Below, one piece after another: positions 46,831 through 54,710 of a DNA stretch of 64,000 nt (position 1 is the stretch's first letter; the number at the start of each line of letters is the position of its first letter). Where the stretch lies: NCBI GenBank assembly GCA_964497975.1, contig CAZCFO010000003.1, positions 6,620-70,619 on the forward strand. Reading direction: 5' to 3'. The stretch comes from an uncultured Candidatus Peribacteria bacterium (GTDB lineage: Bacteria > Patescibacteriota > Gracilibacteria > Peribacterales > Peribacteraceae). The position numbers and the translations under genes were made by a program. The notes beneath the pieces were generated by a model that saw nothing but the letters and a program-made list of their open reading frames with translations, did not search any database and was not told the DNA's origin.

Positions 46831-47277
46831 TTATTTGATCGTCAGGGTGCCGGTTTGATCCGGCGCCCTTTTCAAAGTCAGAGACTTCGACTTGGTCGTC
46901 GAAATCCTGACTTCATCGGAGGTGACGTGAATGGAACTCACGTCACCCTCGAGATCGTGGCCTTCCTCAAGCCACGTGACCGTGATGCCCGGGCGGGGCG
47001 TCACGTCGTCGGGATAGCGGAGCTCCATCTGGAGCCCCGCGACGGTGTAGCGGCCCGCGGTCGTCGTGACCACGAGCCGGTTTTTTTTGAGCTGAACGGC
47101 CGTGATGGCTTTCCCTGCCATCTGCTGAGTTTTCTTTTCACCCGAGGCGTCGGTGGCGGTGACGCCGATTTGCATTCTGGGCGAACGTTCCTCCGTTGCC
47201 CAAAAGCCGATGGCCGTAGCGAGGCCAAGGAACGTGACGAGCATCAGGGCCGTCATACTTTGCGATCTGATAATCAT
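46831..47277 (-). CDS. membrane-anchored beta-rich protein, paralog B
   Basis: 148 aa. The end ...TTAGRYTVAGLQMELRYPDDVTPRPGITVTWLEEGHDLEGDVSSIHVTSDEVRISTTKSKSLTLKRAPDQTGTLTIK aligns along its length with the 47498-47944 product. Confidence 0.75.
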   Translation of the reverse strand: MIIRSQSMTALMLVTFLGLATAIGFWATEERSPRMQIGVTATDASGEKKTQQMAGKAITAVQLKKNRLVVTTTAGRYTVAGLQMELRYPDDVTPRPGITVTWLEEGHDLEGDVSSIHVTSDEVRISTTKSKSLTLKRAPDQTGTLTIK

Positions 47278-47295
47278 TAGATTCTCTCACTTTCT

Positions 47296-47418
47296 GCCCC
47301 CACAGCATCCTCTTTCTCATCGCCCTGCCCGGCGATTCAAAAAAGAATGCCTGAGGGCAAGACGTAATAGTTGCGTCAGCCTGCGGCTGACGTTTCCTCG
47401 AAAAAGAGGGTGCGTGGG
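47296..47418 (-). promoter_or_regulatory. structured leader element, copy B
   Basis: Nearly identical to copy C. Immediately 5' of start codon 47277. Confidence 0.6.
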
Positions 47419-47497
47419 AACGTGCGATGATGACAAAGGCCAAAATCGCTGAGGGGCAGTCAGCGAGATGTGGCATGGCGCGAGGCCGTGCCAAAAA

Positions 47498-47944
47498 CTA
47501 CTTGATTGTCAGGGTGCCGTATTGATCCGGCGTCCTAGTTAGGATCACGAGCTTCGACTTGGTAGTCAAAAGTGTGATTTCATTGGCGGTGACGCGAATC
47601 GAACTTACGTCACCATCCAAGGTGTGGCTTTGTTCAAGCCACCTTATCGTGACGCTCGTTCGCGGCGTCACGTCCTCGTGGTACTCGAACCGCATGTCGC
47701 GGCCCCCGATGGGGTAACGGCCGGCGGTGGTCAAGATGACCAGCCGGTGTTGCTCTACGCGAATACCGCTGATCGATTTCCCAGCGATAGGGTAGCGCGG
47801 ATCCGTCCGGTACCCTTCTGGGTCGATCCTGGGTATCACGACGATGTCATTGCCGCTCGGGTTGACGAGTGCCCAGTAGGCACAAGCCGCCGAAAGGCCG
47901 ACAAAAGTGACCGACAACACGATGACCAATGTTTTCTGCTTCAT
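47498..47944 (-). CDS. membrane-anchored beta-rich protein, paralog C
   Basis: Start at MKQKTLVIV (47944). The C-terminus ...LTRTPDQYGTLTIK matches paralog B. Confidence 0.75.
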   Translation of the reverse strand: MKQKTLVIVLSVTFVGLSAACAYWALVNPSGNDIVVIPRIDPEGYRTDPRYPIAGKSISGIRVEQHRLVILTTAGRYPIGGRDMRFEYHEDVTPRTSVTIRWLEQSHTLDGDVSSIRVTANEITLLTTKSKLVILTRTPDQYGTLTIK

Positions 47945-47960
47945 AGCTTTCTCGCTTTCT

Positions 47961-48081
47961 GCCCCCACAGCATCCTCTTTCTCATCGCCCTGCCCGGCGA
48001 TTCAAAAAAGAATGCCTGAGGGCAAGACGTAATAGTTGCGTCAGCCTGCGGCCGACGTTTCCTCGAAAAAGAGGGTGCGTG
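47961..48081 (-). promoter_or_regulatory. structured leader element, copy C
   Basis: As copy B, with one substitution that turns an A-U pair into G.U on the minus-strand transcript. Confidence 0.6.
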
Positions 48082-48114
48082 AGGGTGCTTGTTGATGACA
48101 ATGACCAAGATATT

Positions 48115-48143
48115 ATTATACCATAAATAATAAAATCAGTCGA
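48115..48143 (-). promoter_or_regulatory. sigma70-type promoter TCGACT-N17-(TGg)TATAAT driving the leader/paralog operon
   Basis: Read on the minus strand in the AT-rich divergent region shared with typA. Confidence 0.5.
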
Positions 48144-48222
48144 ATATGCGCTTCCGGAAGCGTGAAGTTTGCCCTACACTCTCGCCGCTCCGGGACCTCC
48201 GGAGGAGCTTCCCGCTGCTTTT

Positions 48223-50022
48223 ATGAGTATCCGCAATATCGCCATTATCGCCCACGTCGACCATGGAAAGACGACGCTCGTCGATGCGCTGCTCAAGCAG
48301 GGCGGGGCGTTCGCCGCGCATGAGCAGGAGAAAGTCGGCGAGCTGATCATGGACTCCAACGCGCAGGAGAAGGAGCGCGGCATCACCATCTACGCCAAGA
48401 ACTGCTCCATCCAGTACAAGGACTGCCGCATCAACATCGTCGACACCCCCGGCCACGCGGATTTCGGTTCCGAGGTCGAGCGCGTGCTGCGCACCGTCGA
48501 CTGCGTGCTGCTCGTCGTCGACGCGCAGGAAGGGCCCATGCCGCAGACGAAATTCGTGCTCAAGAAGTCGCTCGAGCTCGGCCTCAAGCCGATCGTCGTC
48601 ATCAACAAGATCGACAAGCCCGCGTCGCGCGCCATGGAGGTGGTCGACGAGGTCTTCGATCTCTTCGTCGCGCTCAAGGCCAACGACCAGCAGCTCGACT
48701 TCCCGTACATCTTCGCCATCGCCCGCGAGGGCATGGCAAAGCGCAAGCTCGAGGATTCATCCAAAGACCTGACACCGCTCTTCGATTTGATCATGGAGCA
48801 TGTTCCCGCCGTGGAGCAGAACATGACCGCGCCGTTCCGCATGCAGCCCTGCAGTCTTGCGTACGACAACTACGTCGGCCGCCTTGCCATAGGGCGTGTG
48901 ACCGAAGGCGTCGCCAAGGTCGGCGACAAGGTGTTCATCAAAAAGCCCGACGGACACACGCGCACCAGCAAGATCACGAAAATTCTGCTGTACAAAGGGC
49001 TCCGCCGAATTGAGGCCCCCGAGGCCGTCGCCGGCGACATCGTGACCATCGCGGGCATTCCCGACATCTACGTCGGCGAGACCATCACCACCAGCGATTC
49101 CGCCGAGGCGCTTCCCGCGCTCAACATCGACCCCCCGACGATCAGCATGGAATTCCTCGTCAACAACTCGCCGTTCGCCGGCAAGGAAGGCGAGCTCGTC
49201 ACCACGCGGCACATCAAGGCCCGCCTGGAGCGCGAGAAGGAGACGAACGTCGGTCTGCACGTGGAGGAGGTCCCGAATTCCGACACGTACAAAGTCTCCG
49301 GCCGCGGCGAGCTGCATCTTTCGGTGCTCATCGAGGACATGCGCCGCGAGGGCTTTGAGCTGCAGGTCTCCCGCCCCGAAGTGATCATGCGCACGATCGA
49401 CGGCAAAAAGCACGAGCCCATCGAGCAGGCGATCATCGACGTTCCCGAGGAATTCACGGGCACGGTCATCGACATGCTCTCGCGCCGCAAGGGCGAGCTC
49501 GTGGACATGAAGACCTCCGAAGGCCACGCGCGCATCGAGTTCAAAGTGCCCACCAGGGGCCTGCTCGGCTTCCGGGGCGACTTCATCATCGAAACGCGCG
49601 GGGAGGGGATCCTGAGCCATTCCTTCATCGGCTACGAGCCGTACAAGGGCGACCTGCCGGGCCGCACGCGCGGCTCCATGATCTCCATGGGCGGCGGCAA
49701 GACCGTCGCGTTCGGTCTCTGGGGCCTCCAGGACCGCGGCAAGCTGTTCGTCGTCCCGGGCGTCGACGTGTACGAAGGCATGATCGTCGGTGAGAGCGCG
49801 AAGAACGAGGACATGATCGTGAACGCCACCAAGGAGAAGAAGCTCACGAACATGCGCGCCTCGGGCTCCGATGAGGCGATCAATCTGACGCCGGTCAACC
49901 AGATGACGCTCGAGCAGGCGCTCGAGTACATCGCGGATGACGAGCTGGTCGAGATCACGCCGAAGAACATCCGTCTCCGCAAGAAGCTGCTCAAGGAACA
50001 CGAGCGGAAGAGGCAGAAGTGA
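48223..50022 (+). CDS. typA: translational GTPase TypA/BipA
   Basis: [31 protein letters not shown] motifs and EF-G-like domains. Start at MSIRN (48223). Confidence 0.95.
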   Translation: MSIRNIAIIAHVDHGKTTLVDALLKQGGAFAAHEQEKVGELIMDSNAQEKERGITIYAKNCSIQYKDCRINIVDTPGHADFGSEVERVLRTVDCVLLVVDAQEGPMPQTKFVLKKSLELGLKPIVVINKIDKPASRAMEVVDEVFDLFVALKANDQQLDFPYIFAIAREGMAKRKLEDSSKDLTPLFDLIMEHVPAVEQNMTAPFRMQPCSLAYDNYVGRLAIGRVTEGVAKVGDKVFIKKPDGHTRTSKITKILLYKGLRRIEAPEAVAGDIVTIAGIPDIYVGETITTSDSAEALPALNIDPPTISMEFLVNNSPFAGKEGELVTTRHIKARLEREKETNVGLHVEEVPNSDTYKVSGRGELHLSVLIEDMRREGFELQVSRPEVIMRTIDGKKHEPIEQAIIDVPEEFTGTVIDMLSRRKGELVDMKTSEGHARIEFKVPTRGLLGFRGDFIIETRGEGILSHSFIGYEPYKGDLPGRTRGSMISMGGGKTVAFGLWGLQDRGKLFVVPGVDVYEGMIVGESAKNEDMIVNATKEKKLTNMRASGSDEAINLTPVNQMTLEQALEYIADDELVEITPKNIRLRKKLLKEHERKRQK

Positions 50023-50056
50023 GCGCACGTCTTCGATGTGCGATTGGACGCGTCAT

Positions 50057-50494
50057 TCACACGGCCGAAATATCGCTTGTTTCCCACCGTCTGTTAGCGG
50101 ACGACCAGGGATATTCATCAGCAGACTCACACAAATTTTTTTTCAAAGGGTTCGCATGGATGTAATCGCGTGCGTCGGGAATGCTATGTACGCATCGGAT
50201 ATGAAAACGTCTTTGCCAAAGGGAATGAATGCCTGTTTGAAAAGACAGCCCCATTTTATAGATGCGCATGATATTGGAGATGGTTTCCGGCTCAGGGATA
50301 CGGACCAGCAGATGCACATGGTCGGGCATGATGACGAATGCGTACAGGAGGAATGGCCGCTGTTTCTGAACCCGATAGATGTGAGTTGCGGCTTCCTGGG
50401 CAAATGCAGGAGATGCAAAAAACGGACGTCGGCCGCGGGTGACGCTCGTCACCAGCATGGTCTCTTCATTTTGAATGAAATGGCGCTGGGTCAT
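50057..50494 (-). CDS. IS200/IS605-like Y1 HUH transposase, RAYT (REP-associated tyrosine transposase)-like
   Basis: LYAFVIMPDHVHLLV (HUH), RDYIHANPLKKNL (catalytic Tyr helix), YPWSS. Start taken at MTQRHF, though longer in-frame starts are possible up to 50740. Confidence 0.8.
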   Translation of the reverse strand: MTQRHFIQNEETMLVTSVTRGRRPFFASPAFAQEAATHIYRVQKQRPFLLYAFVIMPDHVHLLVRIPEPETISNIMRIYKMGLSFQTGIHSLWQRRFHIRCVHSIPDARDYIHANPLKKNLCESADEYPWSSANRRWETSDISAV

Positions 50495-50783
50495 GACGTC
50501 ATCATTTCTTCTGAAACTGTCTTCCAGCAGATCGGAACTGTGCGATGGAAATATGCAAATGGGGGTTTTATGCATTGGCATGGGAAAGCAGTCGGTTCCA
50601 TGGAGCAGTGGAACGCCACGGCCGCACGTCGAAGACGTGCGGCTGACTGCCGACCCCATTTCCGCGGCTTTTTCATTGCCCAAACCCCCGTATAACCCTA
50701 TAAAAGGGCGCTCCAATTTGTCCGGAGACCCTATTAACACTATGCAACAATTCTGCTATAATAGCAATGAACCGCTCACACCC

Positions 50784-51515
50784 ATGCAAAAAAAACATTT
50801 CCGCGTCCTCCTGATGAATGTGGGCTATGCCACGGGCCTCGACGGGTCCATGCGGAGCTATCTGACGCAGTGGTACCGGTACCTGTACACGCCGCAGCGG
50901 ATCATCCGCCAGGTGCGCCAGTCCATCTACGGCCTGCTCAACCGCGAGAACCCCGATCTCTGCTGCTTCGTCGAAATCCACCGCCGCCACGGCTTTGTCC
51001 CGCACCCGCATGCCTACACGTCGCACATCGACAACAAGTACGGCCGCTTCTCGCCGTTGCGCTTCATGCCGTTCTTCCGTGACAACTGCAACGGCTTCTT
51101 CAGCCACCACCAGTTGCAGTTCAAAAAGCGCTACTTCAAGAACGGCTCCAAAAAGCTGATTTACGACATCAATCTGGGCAACGGCATGTCGCTGCTGCTC
51201 ATCCACTTCTCTCTCAACCGCGATACGCGCAAGCTGCAGTTCCGCGAGCTCAAGAAGATCCTCAAGGGCCGCCCGAACACCCTCATCTGCGGCGACTTCA
51301 ACATCTTCCGCGGCACGCGCGAACTCCATTCCCTCGCGGAGTCCTGCAATCTCAAGATCGTCAACGCGCATTCGCCCACCTTCCCGGCCGCCCGTCCCAA
51401 GCGTGCGCTGGACCTGTTCCTGGCCCCCAAGTCGCTGGAGCATGTGTCGGCGTCCGTGATGGGGGACGTGCAGGTGTCGGATCACCTGCCGGTGATGCTG
51501 GAGATGGCCTTCTAG
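50784..51515 (+). CDS. endonuclease/exonuclease/phosphatase (EEP) family protein
   Basis: RVLLMNVGY, LICGDFNIFRG, VSDHLPVMLE motifs. An extended -10 (TGcTATAAT, 50754-50762) lies upstream of ATG 50784, which favours this start over 50742. Confidence 0.82.
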   Translation: MQKKHFRVLLMNVGYATGLDGSMRSYLTQWYRYLYTPQRIIRQVRQSIYGLLNRENPDLCCFVEIHRRHGFVPHPHAYTSHIDNKYGRFSPLRFMPFFRDNCNGFFSHHQLQFKKRYFKNGSKKLIYDINLGNGMSLLLIHFSLNRDTRKLQFRELKKILKGRPNTLICGDFNIFRGTRELHSLAESCNLKIVNAHSPTFPAARPKRALDLFLAPKSLEHVSASVMGDVQVSDHLPVMLEMAF

Positions 51516-51516
51516 A

Positions 51517-51595
51517 GGGCAAACAGGGGACATAGGGCATAGAAGGCATACAGGATTTTCCTGTATGCCCTGTATGCCGTTTATGCCCTTTTTCC
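51517..51595 (+). terminator. tandem-unit palindrome (GGGCATA/AGGCATACAGG vs CCTGTATGCC x2/TTATGCCC) followed by a T-run
   Basis: GGCATACAGG-attttc-CTGTATGCC core with repeated units on both arms, then CTTTTTCC. Confidence 0.6.
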
Positions 51596-51685
51596 TTTAA
51601 AAAACGTGCGCGTACACGGTACTTGACGTAATACAATAAAAGTGATATCTTGCACGTCCTTCGTTTTCCTATCCCCCCTCTATCC

Positions 51686-52594
51686 ATGAGACTTTTGGCT
51701 TCTGTCAGCGCCGCAGTCATCCTCCTTGCCGGGGGCATGGGTATGATGCCGAATACCGCTTCCGCCTACACGTACTACGACGTGTCCTCCAGCGCCCCCA
51801 TGGTCCCGTCCAGCGCGGGTTCTTCGGCCGGAACCACCAGTTCCGTCACGGTGAGCCCCGCATCGGGCGATTCGACCTCCTCTGCAGTGCTCCCCCCCTC
51901 GTACTACAGCTCGTCGTCCGTATCGTCCGCTCCCCAGGCCGTCGATTCCCCGTACCCGTACTTCCGCCGCGATGACGGCGCGGGTTCCGTTTCGACCGAC
52001 CAGGGTCAGCAGCAGTACGTGCCCCAGGACACGGGTCGTCCGTCGTACATCAGCGACGTTCCCAAGGTCGGTCTCTCCGTCGAATCGGACCGCAGCGAGG
52101 CCAACCCCGGCGACGATGTCCGGTACTGGATCCGCGCGCGCAACCTGTACAGCCGCGACCTGCCGCAGTGGAAAGTCGCCTTCTTCTTCGACCCCAACGA
52201 CATGCAGATCCTCGATGCCGGCGGCGGCCGCATCCAGGGCGACCATATCCTCTTTAACGTCCCCGCCTCGCGCTCCGACGAAGAGCACGTCTACAGCGTC
52301 CGGGTGCATCTCTTCAAGAAGCACAAGAACGGCAAGGTCATCCGCGTCTACGGCTCCATGGTCTGGGACGGCACCATCAGCCCAGCCTGCTCCAAGAACG
52401 AGCTGCGCATCATCGAGAAGCCGCCCGTGACGGGTGCCGACGACGACTACACGGGTCCCGTCGAAAACCTCCAGGCCTTCCTCCGTCCCGTGAACGCCGC
52501 GACCCATGGTTCCCCGATGCCCCTTCTGGTCTGGATCGCCGTCGCCGCAGCGGGTATCGCCATCGGAGGAGCGGTGAGCAAGAAGCTTGCCTAA
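51686..52594 (+). CDS. surface protein with Ser-rich region, DUF11-like domain and C-terminal TM anchor
   Basis: Signal peptide MRLLASVSAAVILLAGG. ANPGDDVRYWIRARNLYSRDLPQWKVAFFFDPNDMQILDAGGG. PPVTGADD, then LLVWIAVAAAGIAIGGAVSKKLA. Confidence 0.7.
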   Translation: MRLLASVSAAVILLAGGMGMMPNTASAYTYYDVSSSAPMVPSSAGSSAGTTSSVTVSPASGDSTSSAVLPPSYYSSSSVSSAPQAVDSPYPYFRRDDGAGSVSTDQGQQQYVPQDTGRPSYISDVPKVGLSVESDRSEANPGDDVRYWIRARNLYSRDLPQWKVAFFFDPNDMQILDAGGGRIQGDHILFNVPASRSDEEHVYSVRVHLFKKHKNGKVIRVYGSMVWDGTISPACSKNELRIIEKPPVTGADDDYTGPVENLQAFLRPVNAATHGSPMPLLVWIAVAAAGIAIGGAVSKKLA

Positions 52595-52687
52595 GGCAAA
52601 GGAAGGAATCGAAGAAAACGACGCAAACGAGGAAGAAAACGAGGACTATCCTCGTTTTCTTCGTTTGCCTCGTTTGCGTCGTTTGCC
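52595..52687 (+). terminator. long tandem-unit palindrome (GAAAACGAGG/CAAACGAGG units)
   Basis: ...GAAGAAAACGACGCAAACGAGGAAGAAAACGAGGA-ctat-CCTCGTTTTCTTCGTTTGCCTCGTTTGCGTCGTTTGCC. Confidence 0.6.
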
Positions 52688-52964
52688 TCTCCGCTGGCAA
52701 GCCCAACTCCTTGAAAGACTGTCGGCTTCCTGCCATCCTTCGTCGTCCTTCCCACATACCCGCTATGCGTCGATTTTCCGTGGTTCTGGCGTGTCTGTCG
52801 CTGTTGATCTTGCCGCTGCTGAGCAGGGCGGTCTGAAGCAGAGTAGCGGGGATTGGAGTAGTAGAGTAATAGGGCGAGGCCAGGAGGCCTTGCTCTTCCG
52901 TAGTACGCTGATTCGCTTTCCTACTATCCTGCTATTCCAGTAGTCCAATATTCCTCATCGTTCG

Positions 52965-54089
52965 ATGCGTTTTCCGTCCTTACTTCTTCTCACCATCTTC
53001 GTTGCCTCCTGCTCCGCCAGCGCGGGTCCGGTTGACGGCACGGCCGGCGAAATGGGGGGAAACTTCGGCGACGAGATCAGCACGGTTCTCTTCGTCGATC
53101 CCGCGACGGTGACGGCGGAGCGTCAGGCGTTCATCGCGGAACTGCGGACGATCCCGGCCCGCGCCAGCAAGCGCGAGCTCTATGAGAAGTACGTGCCCGT
53201 CATCGGCGCCAACGGCGTGCTGGAGGGCATCACGCAGCTCTGGCCCACGTGCCACAGCGAAGCGCATGACCTGGGCAAAGTCATCCAGGCGACGATCAAC
53301 GACATCGGCACGTCGCTCCGGGTCTGCCGCGACGGCTGTTATTCGGGCTGCATGCACGGGGTGCTCATGGAGGCGTTCGCGGGCGCGCGGACGGGCGCAG
53401 AAAACGATCCGGAGCGGCATGTGGATGTCGAGCTGGTCAAAACGATGCTCAGCGATCTCTGCGCGCGCAATGAGACGATGACCGCGGCGTACTCGCCCGG
53501 CGATTGCGCGCACGGCGTGGGCCACGCGCTCATGGTCCTCTCGGACTACCGCATTCCCGAAACCATCCGGTACTGCGACGGGTTCGGCGAAGACCACCTC
53601 AATTATTACTGCGCGACGGGTGCTTACATGGAATACGTGACGGAGCGCGACGCCGAGGACGTCGCCACCGGCAAGCGCGAGTTCTATCCCTGCGATGTCG
53701 GCAAATATCCCGCGGCCTGCGCGCGGTACAAGATGGTCCACGTGATCCCCCGCAACGTGAAGTCGCGCGCGCAGATCGGGCCCTTCCTGCGCAAGTGCGC
53801 TCAGCTCACGGGCAAGTACCGAGTCGGCTGTTACCACGGCGCAGGAAACGGCTTCATGGGGCCCATCGTGCAGGGCAAGGTCACCCTCCTGGATGTCTGC
53901 GGCGGGGCGACGGGTGATGACCGGTTCGCGTGCATCGAGGGGGCCATCGAGCGGATGGTCAAGTACCACCCGGATCTCGCGAAAAAAACATGCGCCACGG
54001 TGCAGGGAAGCGACAGAGAGACGTGTGACGACGCCATCGCGCACGGCATGTACAATATGGAGAAGGACATGTCGCTGTACGCGCATTAG
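52965..54089 (+). CDS. lipoprotein with repeated Cys/His-containing helical units
   Basis: Lipobox LLTIFVASC. Recurring C-x-x-G/E-x-x motifs: CHSEAHDLG, CMHGVLME, CAHGVGHAL, CATGAYMEY, CYHGAGNGF, CIEGAIERM. Confidence 0.7.
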   Translation: MRFPSLLLLTIFVASCSASAGPVDGTAGEMGGNFGDEISTVLFVDPATVTAERQAFIAELRTIPARASKRELYEKYVPVIGANGVLEGITQLWPTCHSEAHDLGKVIQATINDIGTSLRVCRDGCYSGCMHGVLMEAFAGARTGAENDPERHVDVELVKTMLSDLCARNETMTAAYSPGDCAHGVGHALMVLSDYRIPETIRYCDGFGEDHLNYYCATGAYMEYVTERDAEDVATGKREFYPCDVGKYPAACARYKMVHVIPRNVKSRAQIGPFLRKCAQLTGKYRVGCYHGAGNGFMGPIVQGKVTLLDVCGGATGDDRFACIEGAIERMVKYHPDLAKKTCATVQGSDRETCDDAIAHGMYNMEKDMSLYAH

Positions 54090-54179
54090 GAAAAGCCGAC
54101 AGCTGCGGAATTCTTTGCCGTGTTTTTTTGTCATGGATGGGGGTGCCGTCTCAACGCCGCATTTCTCCTGTTTTTTTCC

Positions 54180-54368
54180 ATGCTGACGTCATCGAATGCG
54201 CGCCGGGCGCTCAGTCATTTCAGTCTGGCGACATTCCTGTTGTCGATATTTCTCGGCTCCCTCGCAGCGGCATTGCCGGTGGTCAGCGCCCCTGGGTTGA
54301 CAGCCTACGTTCCTGCCTCGCCGCCGACCGCCTGCAACGGTTCGCCGGCTGCCATCGATGTTGCATGA
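54180..54368 (+). pseudogene. 62-aa ORF homologous only to the N-terminal signal region of the downstream surface protein
   Basis: MLTSSNARRALSHFSLATFLLSIFLGSLAAALPVVS compared with MSSSFSRVRSALSTFSTTALVLNIAVGSLVAALPVFS. Confidence 0.35.
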
Positions 54369-54710
54369 ATCGCATACAAAAGAGCTGTGATTGCACGTGA
54401 AGTAGGATTTGCACAGAATCCCGTTCTTTCGCATAACGAAAAAAATCCTGCAGATCTCATCACTCTGTCGGACCAATCTTTCAATTTTCAGCCTTTCAGA
54501 GCTCTCTTTGGCGTATGTTGCCTCATCGATATCTGCGGCTGGAGTGGATTCCTGCTTTCGCTCTTGCCTATGACATCCGGCTTTGAATGTGTGGGCAACA
54601 ATGGTCCAGATCGCGGTAGAGATTCTCGCTTTTGATCTATTATATGGCTCCGGAAGCCTTGACTTGCTAAATGCCATCAATATGATTTGGATGATTTCCC
54701 CCTCCTCTTT

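Noticed and set aside
45097-48143. A Tad/Flp pilus biogenesis locus.
   Set aside because: Only the pilin-like gene has a canonical signature. No tadV, tadA, tadB/C, rcp or secretin-like ORFs occur here. The other ORFs are tiny or of unknown family.
52765-52836. 23-codon ORF MRRFSVVLACLSLLILPLLSRAV upstream of the Cys/His lipoprotein gene.
   Set aside because: It encodes only a signal-peptide-like segment followed by a stop. It is probably a remnant or chance ORF in a repeat-rich spacer, and nothing else supports it.
52840-52950. Additional GTAG-containing repeats (GCAGAGTAGCGGGGATTGGAGTAGTAGAGTAATAGG ... CCGTAGTACGC ... CCAGTAGTCC).
   Set aside because: GTAG boxes are frequent here, but the adjacent segments do not pair and the flanks do not match the element consensus. 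At most they are degenerate remnants.
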